64,000 nt of DNA. Origin: Bdellovibrio sp. (GTDB lineage Bacteria > Bdellovibrionota > Bdellovibrionia > Bdellovibrionales > Bdellovibrionaceae). Location of the stretch: the NCBI GenBank assembly GCA_036676395.1, contig JAKFCY010000002.1, positions 832,001-896,000 of the forward strand. Direction: 5' to 3'. A program made the position numbers and the translations under genes. Below are positions 50,758-60,168 of this stretch, piece after piece; the stretch's first letter is position 1; each line of letters opens with the position of its first letter. The notes beneath the pieces are model-generated. The model saw only the letters and a list, made by a program, of their open reading frames with translations. It did not search any database and was not told the DNA's origin.

Positions 50758-51399
50758 TTATTTTCTAAAGTGATAATCTCCATCATACACAATTGTGCGT
50801 TTCGCTGGTGTTGAGCCATCAACCGGTGAACCTGCTTGTGCATACGAGAAAAGTAAATCTCCCACGGCAAAACTTCCCGAAGCCATATTGTAGTGCATAG
50901 CTGTTGTATATTTTATTTGTCCGTACGTTGGCATAATCGTCGAGCCACATGTGCGGCCGGCAACACTTTGAGCAATTCCAGATGACCAATTTGTCAGGCC
51001 ACAATAACTTGAACTGTTCAGCGTATTCGCTGCACCTGCAGTAGCAGGAGTGAGCGACAGAATATAGTAAGTCCAATCAACTGAAGCTTCATCGCCAGCT
51101 GCCGGTTGATATGTGATGGCTGCAGAGTAGGTACCTTTATATTCAGCGGTGAAATGCAAAGTCCCGCAGTTTGAGCCAGTATTGTAAACTCGCATTGTCG
51201 TCGTAAAATTATCACCCGAAAAGACTTGTTGCTGTGAAACGTCTGAATAACAAGGAGCGTTCCAGGTACCATGTAGCATAGCTAAGCCACCATTCGGATT
51301 ACTTGGAATTTCTATTTCAAGTTCTGTTTGAGATCCGCCACAACTTACTAAAATTGAGAAAGTTAAGGTTGTTAGAAAATAGATGAGAACGTTCTTCAT
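50758..51399 (-). CDS. Hypothetical lipoprotein
   Basis: Lipobox LVSC; GTW..PC; paired cysteines. Confidence 0.7.
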   Translation of the reverse strand: MKNVLIYFLTTLTFSILVSCGGSQTELEIEIPSNPNGGLAMLHGTWNAPCYSDVSQQQVFSGDNFTTTMRVYNTGSNCGTLHFTAEYKGTYSAAITYQPAAGDEASVDWTYYILSLTPATAGAANTLNSSSYCGLTNWSSGIAQSVAGRTCGSTIMPTYGQIKYTTAMHYNMASGSFAVGDLLFSYAQAGSPVDGSTPAKRTIVYDGDYHFRK

Positions 51400-51406
51400 A
51401 CTGTTC

Positions 51407-51433
51407 TCATCGGAAGTCGAGGTGTTAACTTTA
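51407..51433 (-). promoter_or_regulatory. Sigma28-type promoter
   Basis: Minus strand TAAA-N15-TCCGATGA, 7 nt before ATG 51399. Confidence 0.6.
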
Positions 51434-51519
51434 AATAAACTAGGTTTGTATGTCTTGTTCTGAAACACAAATGGATGATGTTACCCCTTTGTGCTTCAAA
51501 AGATATGTTGGAATAAAAA

Positions 51520-54483
51520 CTACTGATTCTCTTCAGGAGCAAAGCCACGGCGCATGGTGTTTTCAGTCACAACGATAGGCTCAGTGAATTGTTTTAAATA
51601 ATCAGGGCCGCCGGTTTTTGAGCCGATGCCTGACATTTTGTATCCACCGAACGGGTGACGATCAACCATTGCACCGGTGATGCCGCGATTGATGTACATG
51701 TTACCCACTTCAAGTTCTTGCTTCACACGTTCAATGTTGGCAGGGCTACGCGAAAACACACCGCCTGTTAACGCGTACTCAGTAGAGTTCGCGATTTCAA
51801 TAGCGTGAGTTAAGTCTTTGGCTCTGATCATCGCAACGATGGGGCCGAAGAATTCGTTTTGAGCTACGTCATCAGATGATTTCACATCACCAAAGATTGT
51901 GATTGGCACGAAGTAGCCACCTTGTGGGCTTTCGCCTTTGAATAACACTTTGTACTTAGCACTTGCTTGCGCGATTGAATTATTTAAACGATCGTACGCC
52001 TCTTGATCCACAACTGGGCCGAAATAGCCTTTTGGATTTTCTGCTGAAGAAATCTCGATTGATTTTGCGCCTTCAACTAAACGCTGTGTGAATTTTTCGT
52101 AAACTTCGTCTAACACGATCACGCGTGATGCTGCCGAACATTTTTGTCCTGCAAAACCAAATGCTGAGTATAAGACGTTGTCGACGGCTTCATCTAGATC
52201 GGCATCGCTATCGATGATCATGGCGTTTTTTCCGCCCATTTCGATAATACAACGTTTTACGTGCTGTTGGCCTGGTTGAACAACAGCTGCGTTTTTAGCA
52301 ATTAATAAACCAACTACTTTAGATCCAGTGAAAGCGATTGTCGTTGTGTGCTTGTGCTTTACAATGTAGTCGCCAACGATTTCGCCGTAGCCAGGTAAAA
52401 ATTGGAGCACGTTTTCTGGAAGGCCAACTTGTTTGAATAAATCAAATAAACCTTGAGCTACTAATGAAGACTGTTCAGCAGGTTTCATAACTACTGTGTT
52501 ACCAGTAACTAAAGCTGCAGCTACTTGGCCTGCTAAGATGGCTAAAGGGAAGTTCCACGGAGAAATCACAGATACAACGCCACGAGGTTTGTAGATGTAG
52601 TGGCTGATTTCGCCCGGCGCATGGCCTACGCGTAATGGGTTAGCCAATTGGCGTTGGTGACGGGCATAGTAGCGTAAAAAATCAATCGCTTCGGCCACGT
52701 CGCCGTCAGCTTCAGCCCATGGTTTACCGACTTCAACGATTTGGTGAGCCATTAATTTGTATTTATTTTTTACCATAAGGTCGGCAACATCGTCTAAAAA
52801 TTTAGCTCTACGGTAAGTATCTACGTTTTTCCAAGATTTAAAAGCTTCATGGGCTTTTGTCATTGCAGTTTCTGCAACTTCAACCGATGCCATAGTTACT
52901 TCAGCCACAACCTGCGCGTGACGAGAAGGATTCACGCGGTTAAAGATTTCGCCTGTCGTGATTTTTTGCCCGCCGACAATGGGTTGAATTTTAACTGGTA
53001 ATTGTGATTTTAAATTTTGAATCGCTTTGAGGGTTTCGGTACGAACTTCTTCAACCGCGAAATCTAAGTAAGGTTCGTTGTGAAATTGATTTGGATTCGT
53101 TTCAGGGTTTGGATTTGTCGGAGTTAATCCAACAGAAGGATCTTTTAATAATTCAGCTGTAGTTTTACCTTCAGCGAATTTTCCCCGCAACCAAGATTCA
53201 TTCGATGTGTTTTCTAATAAACGACGAACCAGGTACGCCATGCCAGGAATAAGTTCACCCACCGGAGCGTATTCACGCACGCGGTAACCCATGTCTGATA
53301 ATGATTTTTTAATCGGCTCAGCCATTCCGTAAAGCATTTGCACTTCGTAAGCGTTTTTTGGCAGTCCAAGTTGTTCGGCTTTAACAATCGCAGCACTGAT
53401 CGTACGTACGTTGTGAGACGCAAGGGCCACGCGAATGAATTTGTAGTTTTCTAAAATGTAATTAGCGCAAAGTTCGTAGTTGGCATCTGATTCAGCTTTA
53501 TTTAAATAAACTGGAATCGACCAACCTTTTTGTTTGGCTTCGATAGTTTCAGAATCCCAGTAAGCACCTTTTACTAAGCGAATAGTAAAAGGTACGCCGC
53601 GGGTTCTTGCAAATTCAACATAGTCTTTAACATCTGCGTATGAATCACGTAAGTAAGCTTGCACAACGCAACCGAAGAATTTGTAGTTTTTAAATTCAGG
53701 CTCAGAGATTAATTCTTTAAATACTTCTACGGTTAAATGTTTTACTCCGTAGTGTTCCATATCTAAATTTACGAATACGCCAAGATCCATACCTTTTTTG
53801 AAGATTGGACGAAGACGTTCTTTTAACATCGCTTTAGATTCATCCCAAGCTTTGTCATTAATTTGTGAATACACCGCCGTCATTTTTACTGACACGTTGA
53901 TTTTTGGGATTGGTCCGTCAGCATCGCGGTCTAATAAAGGGTTTTCATCCCATTTCGCGGCATCTTTGGCTAACCATTCGATTAATTCCATGTAGCGTTT
54001 TTGATATTCTAAAGCTTCTTTTTCAGAAAGAGTCGCTTCACCTAAAATATCTACTGTGAAAGTTAAATTATTTTTTCTAGCTTTTTTTAATACCGATAAA
54101 GCTTCATCAGGTGTTTCACCCGTGATGAACATTTTCGCCATCGACGTCACATTTTTTTTAATCGCTCCGGCCATTAAACTGGGTGCTAGTGAACCTAAGC
54201 CAAGACCCATATTGAATACCGCTGGTAATTCAGTTTTGCCACCTTCAGAGAAATATTCTTTTAAGTGCGTGGCAACGCCATCAGCTGAAGTTAACGAAGG
54301 TAATACGTCAACGAATCTGAACATGTTGGTTTTGAATTTTTCATTCTTCATCGACCAATCCATCACTGAACCGTACCAGAAGTCTTTTGAAAATAATGAG
54401 CCTTTAGATTGAGATTCCATACGTTTAAGAATCTCTTCACCCTTAGATTGGATTTTTAACTGATTGTCTTGCATATGCGACAA
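51520..54483 (-). CDS. putA: Bifunctional proline dehydrogenase / P5C dehydrogenase (short PutA)
   Basis: FRFVDVLP, RLVKGAYWD, YLVRRLLEN, EMGGKNA, GQKCSA. Start at 54483 (TTG) or 54474 (ATG). Confidence 0.97.
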   Translation of the reverse strand: MSHMQDNQLKIQSKGEEILKRMESQSKGSLFSKDFWYGSVMDWSMKNEKFKTNMFRFVDVLPSLTSADGVATHLKEYFSEGGKTELPAVFNMGLGLGSLAPSLMAGAIKKNVTSMAKMFITGETPDEALSVLKKARKNNLTFTVDILGEATLSEKEALEYQKRYMELIEWLAKDAAKWDENPLLDRDADGPIPKINVSVKMTAVYSQINDKAWDESKAMLKERLRPIFKKGMDLGVFVNLDMEHYGVKHLTVEVFKELISEPEFKNYKFFGCVVQAYLRDSYADVKDYVEFARTRGVPFTIRLVKGAYWDSETIEAKQKGWSIPVYLNKAESDANYELCANYILENYKFIRVALASHNVRTISAAIVKAEQLGLPKNAYEVQMLYGMAEPIKKSLSDMGYRVREYAPVGELIPGMAYLVRRLLENTSNESWLRGKFAEGKTTAELLKDPSVGLTPTNPNPETNPNQFHNEPYLDFAVEEVRTETLKAIQNLKSQLPVKIQPIVGGQKITTGEIFNRVNPSRHAQVVAEVTMASVEVAETAMTKAHEAFKSWKNVDTYRRAKFLDDVADLMVKNKYKLMAHQIVEVGKPWAEADGDVAEAIDFLRYYARHQRQLANPLRVGHAPGEISHYIYKPRGVVSVISPWNFPLAILAGQVAAALVTGNTVVMKPAEQSSLVAQGLFDLFKQVGLPENVLQFLPGYGEIVGDYIVKHKHTTTIAFTGSKVVGLLIAKNAAVVQPGQQHVKRCIIEMGGKNAMIIDSDADLDEAVDNVLYSAFGFAGQKCSAASRVIVLDEVYEKFTQRLVEGAKSIEISSAENPKGYFGPVVDQEAYDRLNNSIAQASAKYKVLFKGESPQGGYFVPITIFGDVKSSDDVAQNEFFGPIVAMIRAKDLTHAIEIANSTEYALTGGVFSRSPANIERVKQELEVGNMYINRGITGAMVDRHPFGGYKMSGIGSKTGGPDYLKQFTEPIVVTENTMRRGFAPEENQ

Positions 54484-54491
54484 TTTTTACG

Positions 54492-55130
54492 CTAGTTGGT
54501 ATCCCATTGGCAAACTAAAAGCGGCTGGTTTACAGGACGTGTTTTGTCTCTTAAAACGGCCTCTAATTTATCTCCGGATTTCAACGCGCCAACACCAGAA
54601 GGAGTGCCCGTTAATAGAACATCATGAGGAGAAACGGGAAAATGCGCTTTAATATATTTTAAAAGCGTTTCGGGGCTAAAAATCATGTCAGAAGCATCAC
54701 CAAGTTGTTTAGTTTCGTTATTGATTTTTAGTTCTAATTGCAATGATTCAAGATTAGGCACAGATCCAATTTCAAGCCAGGGGCCCATAGGGCAAGAATC
54801 GGTAAAAGATTTAGCCAAGGTCCATGGCAGGCCATTTTTTTTGGCATCAGACTGGGCATCGCGCGCTGTCAAATCAAGGGCTAAGGTAAAGTGCGAAAAT
54901 TGTAAATCTTCATTCAGCCAGAAGGCGATTTCTAATTCGTGGTGGATTTCTTTTGACCAAGGCGGAAGGTGAATCACGCTTCCGGTTGAAATTGAATTTC
55001 CTGATTTTAAAAAAATCACCGGATTTGCCGGAACTTCGGCTTTCATTTCTTTAGCGTGATCGGCGTAGTTGCGACCTGCAGCCCAGACATTGCGAACAAG
55101 TTGTTGATGAAAAGTGTTTTTCTCAACCAC
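54492..55130 (-). CDS. Fumarylacetoacetate hydrolase family protein
   Basis: GRNYADH, HHELE, LDLTARD, PW..AKSF, LTGTPSGVG. Confidence 0.93.
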   Translation of the reverse strand: MVEKNTFHQQLVRNVWAAGRNYADHAKEMKAEVPANPVIFLKSGNSISTGSVIHLPPWSKEIHHELEIAFWLNEDLQFSHFTLALDLTARDAQSDAKKNGLPWTLAKSFTDSCPMGPWLEIGSVPNLESLQLELKINNETKQLGDASDMIFSPETLLKYIKAHFPVSPHDVLLTGTPSGVGALKSGDKLEAVLRDKTRPVNQPLLVCQWDTN

Positions 55131-55131
55131 T

Positions 55132-56652
55132 TTATTTAAGCGCTTCTTCGATTCTGTCTTTTTTCTGGCGATTGCGATTCACAAAGTTTCGCATAGCTTT
55201 ATCTAACTGCATATTAAAATCAAAATCACCGCTAACATCGGGATGTTTTTTCATATTTTTAAGAAAAGCCACGTAATCATCATTCGATAAAAATGTCATT
55301 GGCGCATTTTTAGATGTCTTGGTCATTGGCCCTACATTAAAACGAAGCCCGGCACCAGCATGGCAGCCAAGACAAGAGCCATTGATATTATCTACTGGCC
55401 CATTTAAGCGGGTGTTGCTGCGATCTAATTCTGGGGGTAAGTCTGCGCCAAGGGCTACGCGGGCTGTGATGTGATTATTGGTAGCTCGATCAAAGATATG
55501 GCTTTGGCCAGCATCAAGGCCAAATTGTAAGCCTGCAGGGCGCATGTACTTTAAAGCTTCTGGAATATCCATATCGGCTAAGTGTTCATTTTTATGATTC
55601 AGATCAATGTAGTAAGTTAACATAATCCAATTTTTTAAAACCGGATTTGTTCCTTTTAAGCGTGAGTCTTTTAGCGAAATATCAATTTGCACTAAAGCGA
55701 CATTTTGCAACTGACGCAGACTTTCATCTTTAGCTGTTTTGCCATCATCTTGACGGGCATGACTGACGTGAGTCCACCAGTTATAAGTTTTTAAATCGCC
55801 AGAACTTGCAGCCCACTGGCCACGCATTTGGTTTTCCCAGTCAGGCATGGCGTTGAATAATAATTTAAAAGCAAGGCCACCGTCTTTGGCAATAAACTGG
55901 GGGCGCATTTCGGTGATTTGTGGCAGCAGGCTATTTTTCTCGTGAAAAAATTCGGCATAACCATCGCAAACGGGTTGATTGAAATATGAAATTCCCCAAG
56001 TCACTGCGTCTTCAGTCATTTCTACATTTTTAGGAACCGTGTACACGTGTGTTGTTCTGATTGGAAATTCTTTAGTTAATCCATGAATAGCTTCGCGGCC
56101 TTTTTCAGTCACGTTAAGCCAGGGCGTATGGCACCAAGTGCGTAAACTATTTGATCTGAAATGATTTTCGTATTGAGTTTTACCTTTTGTGTTATCGGCA
56201 TCAAACCAGCCTTCGAAAATATATCGTTGCAGCATGTGCGCTAACTTTTCTGCATCTTGTTTGTTAGATACATCTAAGTTTTGTCCAACCCATGGCATTT
56301 CTTTAACATTTTTACGAGCTCTGTTCTTTGCTTTCTTCGCTAAAGTAGAAGAACTTTCTTTAAATTTAAAAAGTGGATCAAAAGGTTTTAAAGCTAAAGA
56401 CTTTGCCTTTGCTAAATCCTGATCGCACATTAAGGGCTGTAATTTTTTGTTAGAATTGCGTCCAATCGGTGTTGCTTGCATCACATCCAAAACGACAAAT
56501 CCATTTTCAAAATTATCTTGGGGATAGTTTATTTTTCCACAACCCGTAACTTCGTCATTTGTGGGCGTGCGATTTTTTTCTGTTGAAGTGCAACCTAAAA
56601 CAAACAAAAGACCAATTAATGAAACTGCGCTGGTCGCTTTTAATATTGCCAT
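55132..56652 (-). CDS. Lipoprotein with a single CxxCH (c-type heme) motif
   Basis: Lipobox VLGC; RLNGPVDN..GSCLGCH. Confidence 0.7.
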   Translation of the reverse strand: MAILKATSAVSLIGLLFVLGCTSTEKNRTPTNDEVTGCGKINYPQDNFENGFVVLDVMQATPIGRNSNKKLQPLMCDQDLAKAKSLALKPFDPLFKFKESSSTLAKKAKNRARKNVKEMPWVGQNLDVSNKQDAEKLAHMLQRYIFEGWFDADNTKGKTQYENHFRSNSLRTWCHTPWLNVTEKGREAIHGLTKEFPIRTTHVYTVPKNVEMTEDAVTWGISYFNQPVCDGYAEFFHEKNSLLPQITEMRPQFIAKDGGLAFKLLFNAMPDWENQMRGQWAASSGDLKTYNWWTHVSHARQDDGKTAKDESLRQLQNVALVQIDISLKDSRLKGTNPVLKNWIMLTYYIDLNHKNEHLADMDIPEALKYMRPAGLQFGLDAGQSHIFDRATNNHITARVALGADLPPELDRSNTRLNGPVDNINGSCLGCHAGAGLRFNVGPMTKTSKNAPMTFLSNDDYVAFLKNMKKHPDVSGDFDFNMQLDKAMRNFVNRNRQKKDRIEEALK

Positions 56653-56759
56653 GAAATTACTCCCTATACTTAAAGTTTATGCAACGGGATCATTAACCGA
56701 AAGGCCTGATTGCCGGCTGCTGCCCATAGGTCTAGATTGACACAGAAATGACTCAAGGC

Positions 56760-57263
56760 TTAAGCAGCTCCACGAGATTTAAACTGCCAAATTCCTTCTT
56801 CGGTAATTTTAAATTCAATGTATTGCGCAGGAGCCCAGCCAGCAAATTCGTAAGAATTTAAATTTTTATCGCAGTTGATCACAGTCATAGCTTCTTCAAC
56901 CCAGTCATAGTGAGTGCAGGCGTAAACCACCTGGTTTTTATTTTCTGGTTGTGCCGCTTGAAAGGTGTAAAAATTAATTAATTTTTGCACGCGCGCGCGA
57001 AACTGTTGTGATGTTTCGTTAAGGTCGCGTAAATTTAAATCATTTTTTAATTCAGATTTGGGTTTAAAATTTTCGATTAAATCATGCAGCGTTTCTTTAG
57101 TTCTAATCATATTAGAAAATAAACAAACAGTTGGTACTGGCAGAACTTTGCCTTTAGTCATCTCTAAAAGCTTACGTGATTGTTCATGGCCCTTGGCGCT
57201 AAGGCTTGGGTTTTCAGGCGGCTCCATTGATTTATGACCATGACGAAATAATATAAAAATCAT
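56760..57263 (-). CDS. Histidine phosphatase (SixA-like)
   Basis: LFRHG, LS..G..Q, S...RT.ET, CTH. Confidence 0.8.
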   Translation of the reverse strand: MIFILFRHGHKSMEPPENPSLSAKGHEQSRKLLEMTKGKVLPVPTVCLFSNMIRTKETLHDLIENFKPKSELKNDLNLRDLNETSQQFRARVQKLINFYTFQAAQPENKNQVVYACTHYDWVEEAMTVINCDKNLNSYEFAGWAPAQYIEFKITEEGIWQFKSRGAA

Positions 57264-57319
57264 CCATTGAGCGTACCTAATACCTTGAGAACATGTCACG
57301 AATTTGCTAATTTAAAGTT

Positions 57320-58213
57320 ATGTCAAAAATTTACCGCTATTGCTCTAATGATTTTACCGTACGTGCTGCTGCTGTTGACGCAACTCAAGTTGTGCAAGAG
57401 ATGCAGATGTTGCAAAACACTTTGCCGATTGCAACCGTGGGTGTTGGTAAAGCCATGGTGGGCGCGCTGTTAATGGCAGCCCAGTTAAAAGATAAGCAGC
57501 AAGTGGGGCTTTTATTTCGCGGTAATGGCTCGATTAAAAGTATTTATGCTGAAGCCGATTACGAAGGCAGCGTTCGCGCATTTACGCCAAACCCTGGTTA
57601 TGAACCTGCTAATTACGATAAAGGTTTAAGTGTTGCTGAAGCCTTAGGAAAAGGAACTTTAAGCGTTGCTCGGCATCAGCCTTTTCAGAAATCACCATTT
57701 CACGGCACTGTTGAACTTGTGACCGGCGAGATCGCTGAAGATTTGGCACATTATTTACATCAATCCCATCAAATTCGTTCAGTCGTAGCATTAGGAATTT
57801 ATCTAGATGAATACGGTAAGTGTGTTAAGGCCGGTGGTGTAATTATTGAAATTATGCCTGGTGTAGATGAAAAAAATGTTAGTGCTATTGAAGCCAATAC
57901 AGCAATCATGCAACCAAGTGTTTCAAAAATTTTGATGGAGGGTGGAAAACCGTTCAATCTAGTTGAGCCATTTATGTTGGGTATTCCATTTACAGAATTA
58001 GATCATCCCCATGAAGCAAAGTATTTTTGTCCGTGTGATAAAGATCGCGTCAAAGGCGCTTTATCAATTTTAGGTATGGCCGAACTGCAAGACATCATCG
58101 ATAAAGGTGAAGAGCAAGAAGTGGTCTGTCAGATGTGTGGTAAGCCTTACTTAGTCACCATTGATGAAGTGTCAGAACTTAAAGAAGTGCTTCATAAAAA
58201 TTCAATGCACTAA
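57320..58213 (+). CDS. hslO: Hsp33 redox-regulated chaperone
   Basis: GEIAEDLAHYL.QS.Q, AGG.IIE.MPG, CPC...CQMC zinc motif. Confidence 0.95.
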   Translation: MSKIYRYCSNDFTVRAAAVDATQVVQEMQMLQNTLPIATVGVGKAMVGALLMAAQLKDKQQVGLLFRGNGSIKSIYAEADYEGSVRAFTPNPGYEPANYDKGLSVAEALGKGTLSVARHQPFQKSPFHGTVELVTGEIAEDLAHYLHQSHQIRSVVALGIYLDEYGKCVKAGGVIIEIMPGVDEKNVSAIEANTAIMQPSVSKILMEGGKPFNLVEPFMLGIPFTELDHPHEAKYFCPCDKDRVKGALSILGMAELQDIIDKGEEQEVVCQMCGKPYLVTIDEVSELKEVLHKNSMH

Positions 58214-58669
58214 TTACGGGTGAATGCCGCAGGCAACTTTGCCGAGTGACTTCCCATCTTTGTCGATGACCTGTAAGACGAATACTTTATTTTTTAAAGT
58301 TAAGGTATGAATAAAATTATCGAGGCCAGCATCATGGCCACTGAAAGTAATGTTATTGTTGGGATCGTAATATCCGAAGGCATATGGTCCGTTGGCATAT
58401 TCTTTAATATCTGAACGATATCCCCATTTACTTTCAGTTGGAATCTTCGAAGCATCAATAAGGTCTAATGGATTTTTACAGTCTCCGTTTTCATAAATAA
58501 AAACACCGTAGTGAAGTTTAGGATCGGTATCGTAGAGTGAAATACCCACAGGTTTACCTTCAGTCGAAATAATCCCACTGGTTAGGTTGGGCGGGGATGG
58601 ATTTAAAATTATTTTTGCTTTTGCAAGACAGGCGAAAGAAAGGCCAATGGCCAATACGAATAGACGCAT
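58214..58669 (-). CDS. Secreted protein with degenerate Cu/Zn-SOD-like motifs
   Basis: Signal peptide; YGVFIYENGDC and GKVACGI align with SodC HGFHIHE.GDC and R.ACGVI but lack the His ligands. Confidence 0.5.
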   Translation of the reverse strand: MRLFVLAIGLSFACLAKAKIILNPSPPNLTSGIISTEGKPVGISLYDTDPKLHYGVFIYENGDCKNPLDLIDASKIPTESKWGYRSDIKEYANGPYAFGYYDPNNNITFSGHDAGLDNFIHTLTLKNKVFVLQVIDKDGKSLGKVACGIHP

Positions 58670-58768
58670 GATCCCCCCCCGAAACTTAATTTTATATATA
58701 GAGAAAAGACTTCTCTAGTTCTTCGGGGGAATTCTCAATTTAAGACAGTTTACTTAGCCGCAGTTTGC

Positions 58769-58899
58769 TTACAGAATTAGATCATCCCCATGAAGCAAAG
58801 TATTTTTGTCCGTGTGATAAAGAGCGCGTCAAAGGCGCTTTATCAATTTTAGGTATGGCCGAACTTAAAAAATTACTACATAAAAATTCAATGCATTAA
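58769..58899 (+). pseudogene. Duplicated, internally deleted 3' fragment of hslO
   Basis: 58769-58865 matches 57990-58086 at 96/97, then jumps via GAACT microhomology to a diverged copy of the last codons (ELKKLLHKNSMH* vs ELKEVLHKNSMH*). Confidence 0.92.
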
Positions 58900-58988
58900 A
58901 AAAAAATCCCGCATCTTTTAATGAGATGTGGGATTTTTTTTGCGTAGCACGCTTAAGCCGGATGTTGACCGTCGTCAGGGCGCATCGA
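58900..58988 (+). repeat. Left arm of ~85-bp imperfect inverted repeat (terminator hairpin + 46-bp core)
   Basis: Core 58943-58988 is 37/46 identical, ungapped, to the reverse complement of 59489-59534; adjacent hairpins also align. Confidence 0.85.
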
Positions 58989-59008
58989 TGGACATTTGAT
59001 AATGTGTG

Positions 59009-59410
59009 TTAACCGGCACAGCCAATGCATTCATACCATATTGAGTGCTTTTCTGGATCAAAATTTCCAAATTCATCTACATCAAGCTGAACGCCCATTT
59101 TTTCTCGGCCCTTGCCCCATTTCTGCGTTTGCGTACTAACAACATAACATGATGTACCTGCAGGAGCTGTGTGACAGCTAAGAGTTTCCCATCTTAATTT
59201 ATTTAGTGGAATTTTTTTGCCGTCTTGAGGTTTATCTGCATTATCAATAATTGCAGCTATTACTGAAGCTTTAAACTTTGTTGTCATTTCTGATGCAGTT
59301 TCGCGAGTGCTTTTTGATAAAGGCTTGAAAGAAGGTTTGTTTTTCTCGCCAGCAAATGTTGAAAGCCCAATCGACAACAATAATACGAAAGTAACCGTTC
59401 TGATTTTCAT
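59009..59410 (-). CDS. Secreted hypothetical protein
   Basis: MKIRTVTFVLLLSIGLSTFA signal; SD AGGAG; C-terminal CIGC. Confidence 0.7.
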   Translation of the reverse strand: MKIRTVTFVLLLSIGLSTFAGEKNKPSFKPLSKSTRETASEMTTKFKASVIAAIIDNADKPQDGKKIPLNKLRWETLSCHTAPAGTSCYVVSTQTQKWGKGREKMGVQLDVDEFGNFDPEKHSIWYECIGCAG

Positions 59411-59488
59411 AGTAATAATTTCTCCTATAGCTATTATGCTCATCACGGGTGGGTAAATAAAGTCTAGATCTTATTAGCGCAGCCTGTG

Positions 59489-59575
59489 TCGACACACTTT
59501 GACGACGGTCCACATCCGACTTAAGAGTGCCACGAAAAAATAAAACCCACATCTTGTTAAAAATGTGGGTAATTA
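59489..59575 (-). repeat. Right arm of ~85-bp imperfect inverted repeat
   Basis: See 58900-58988. Confidence 0.85.
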
Positions 59576-59607
59576 TTAGCTTTAATTTTATTAATTATAA
59601 AATTAAA

Positions 59608-60168
59608 TTACTTAGCTACAGTTTGCTTGCTGCGAAGAGCGGCTTTGCAGATAGATACTTTTTCTTCGTATTCATCCTGGCGGGCATTTAAAACCGTTTT
59701 GTAACCGCGAAATCTTTGAATGCGGTCGACTAAAAATTCTTCGGTCACTGCAACTAGTTTTTTCTGTTCATCGATGCCGATTTTGAAATCATCTTCTTTA
59801 TCTGTGATGCGTTCTAATGGTTCTGTCCACATCAATTTACCATCGCCGCCGTTGCGTGGGTCTGATAACTGGATTTTACATTCGCGAAGTACGCCGTATA
59901 AACCAAGAGATCCGAATCTGCGGTTACCGTAAACGCGGTCTTCTAATTCATAAACTTCATACTGAGTTTTTCTAAGTTCTTCGTTTAAAGAAACTTTCTT
60001 TTGAAAAATGGCATTGCCATCTTTCACGCCGATTGAACTTTCGCCATTGATTTGATTTTTATGATCAAGGTTAGTGTCGATGTCGCCCACTTTATTGGGA
60101 TTTGTTTTACATGAAAATAAAACAGTTGTTGTTAGTGCGGCTACCAGAAATAAATTTAGTGATCTCAC
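59608..60168 (-). CDS. Hypothetical lipoprotein
   Basis: Lipobox LFSC; GTG start after AGGAG. Confidence 0.75.
   Translation of the reverse strand: MRSLNLFLVAALTTTVLFSCKTNPNKVGDIDTNLDHKNQINGESSIGVKDGNAIFQKKVSLNEELRKTQYEVYELEDRVYGNRRFGSLGLYGVLRECKIQLSDPRNGGDGKLMWTEPLERITDKEDDFKIGIDEQKKLVAVTEEFLVDRIQRFRGYKTVLNARQDEYEEKVSICKAALRSKQTVAK

Noticed and set aside
59271..59552. 93-aa ORF starting in the right inverted repeat
   Set aside because: It overlaps the better-supported secreted gene in another frame, and the equivalent ATG in the left repeat is out of frame by one base.
58900..59575. Integron attC sites or an IS element
   Set aside because: No convincing RYYYAAC/GTTRRRY boxes, no transposase, no evident target-site duplication; the repeats are inverted, not tandem.
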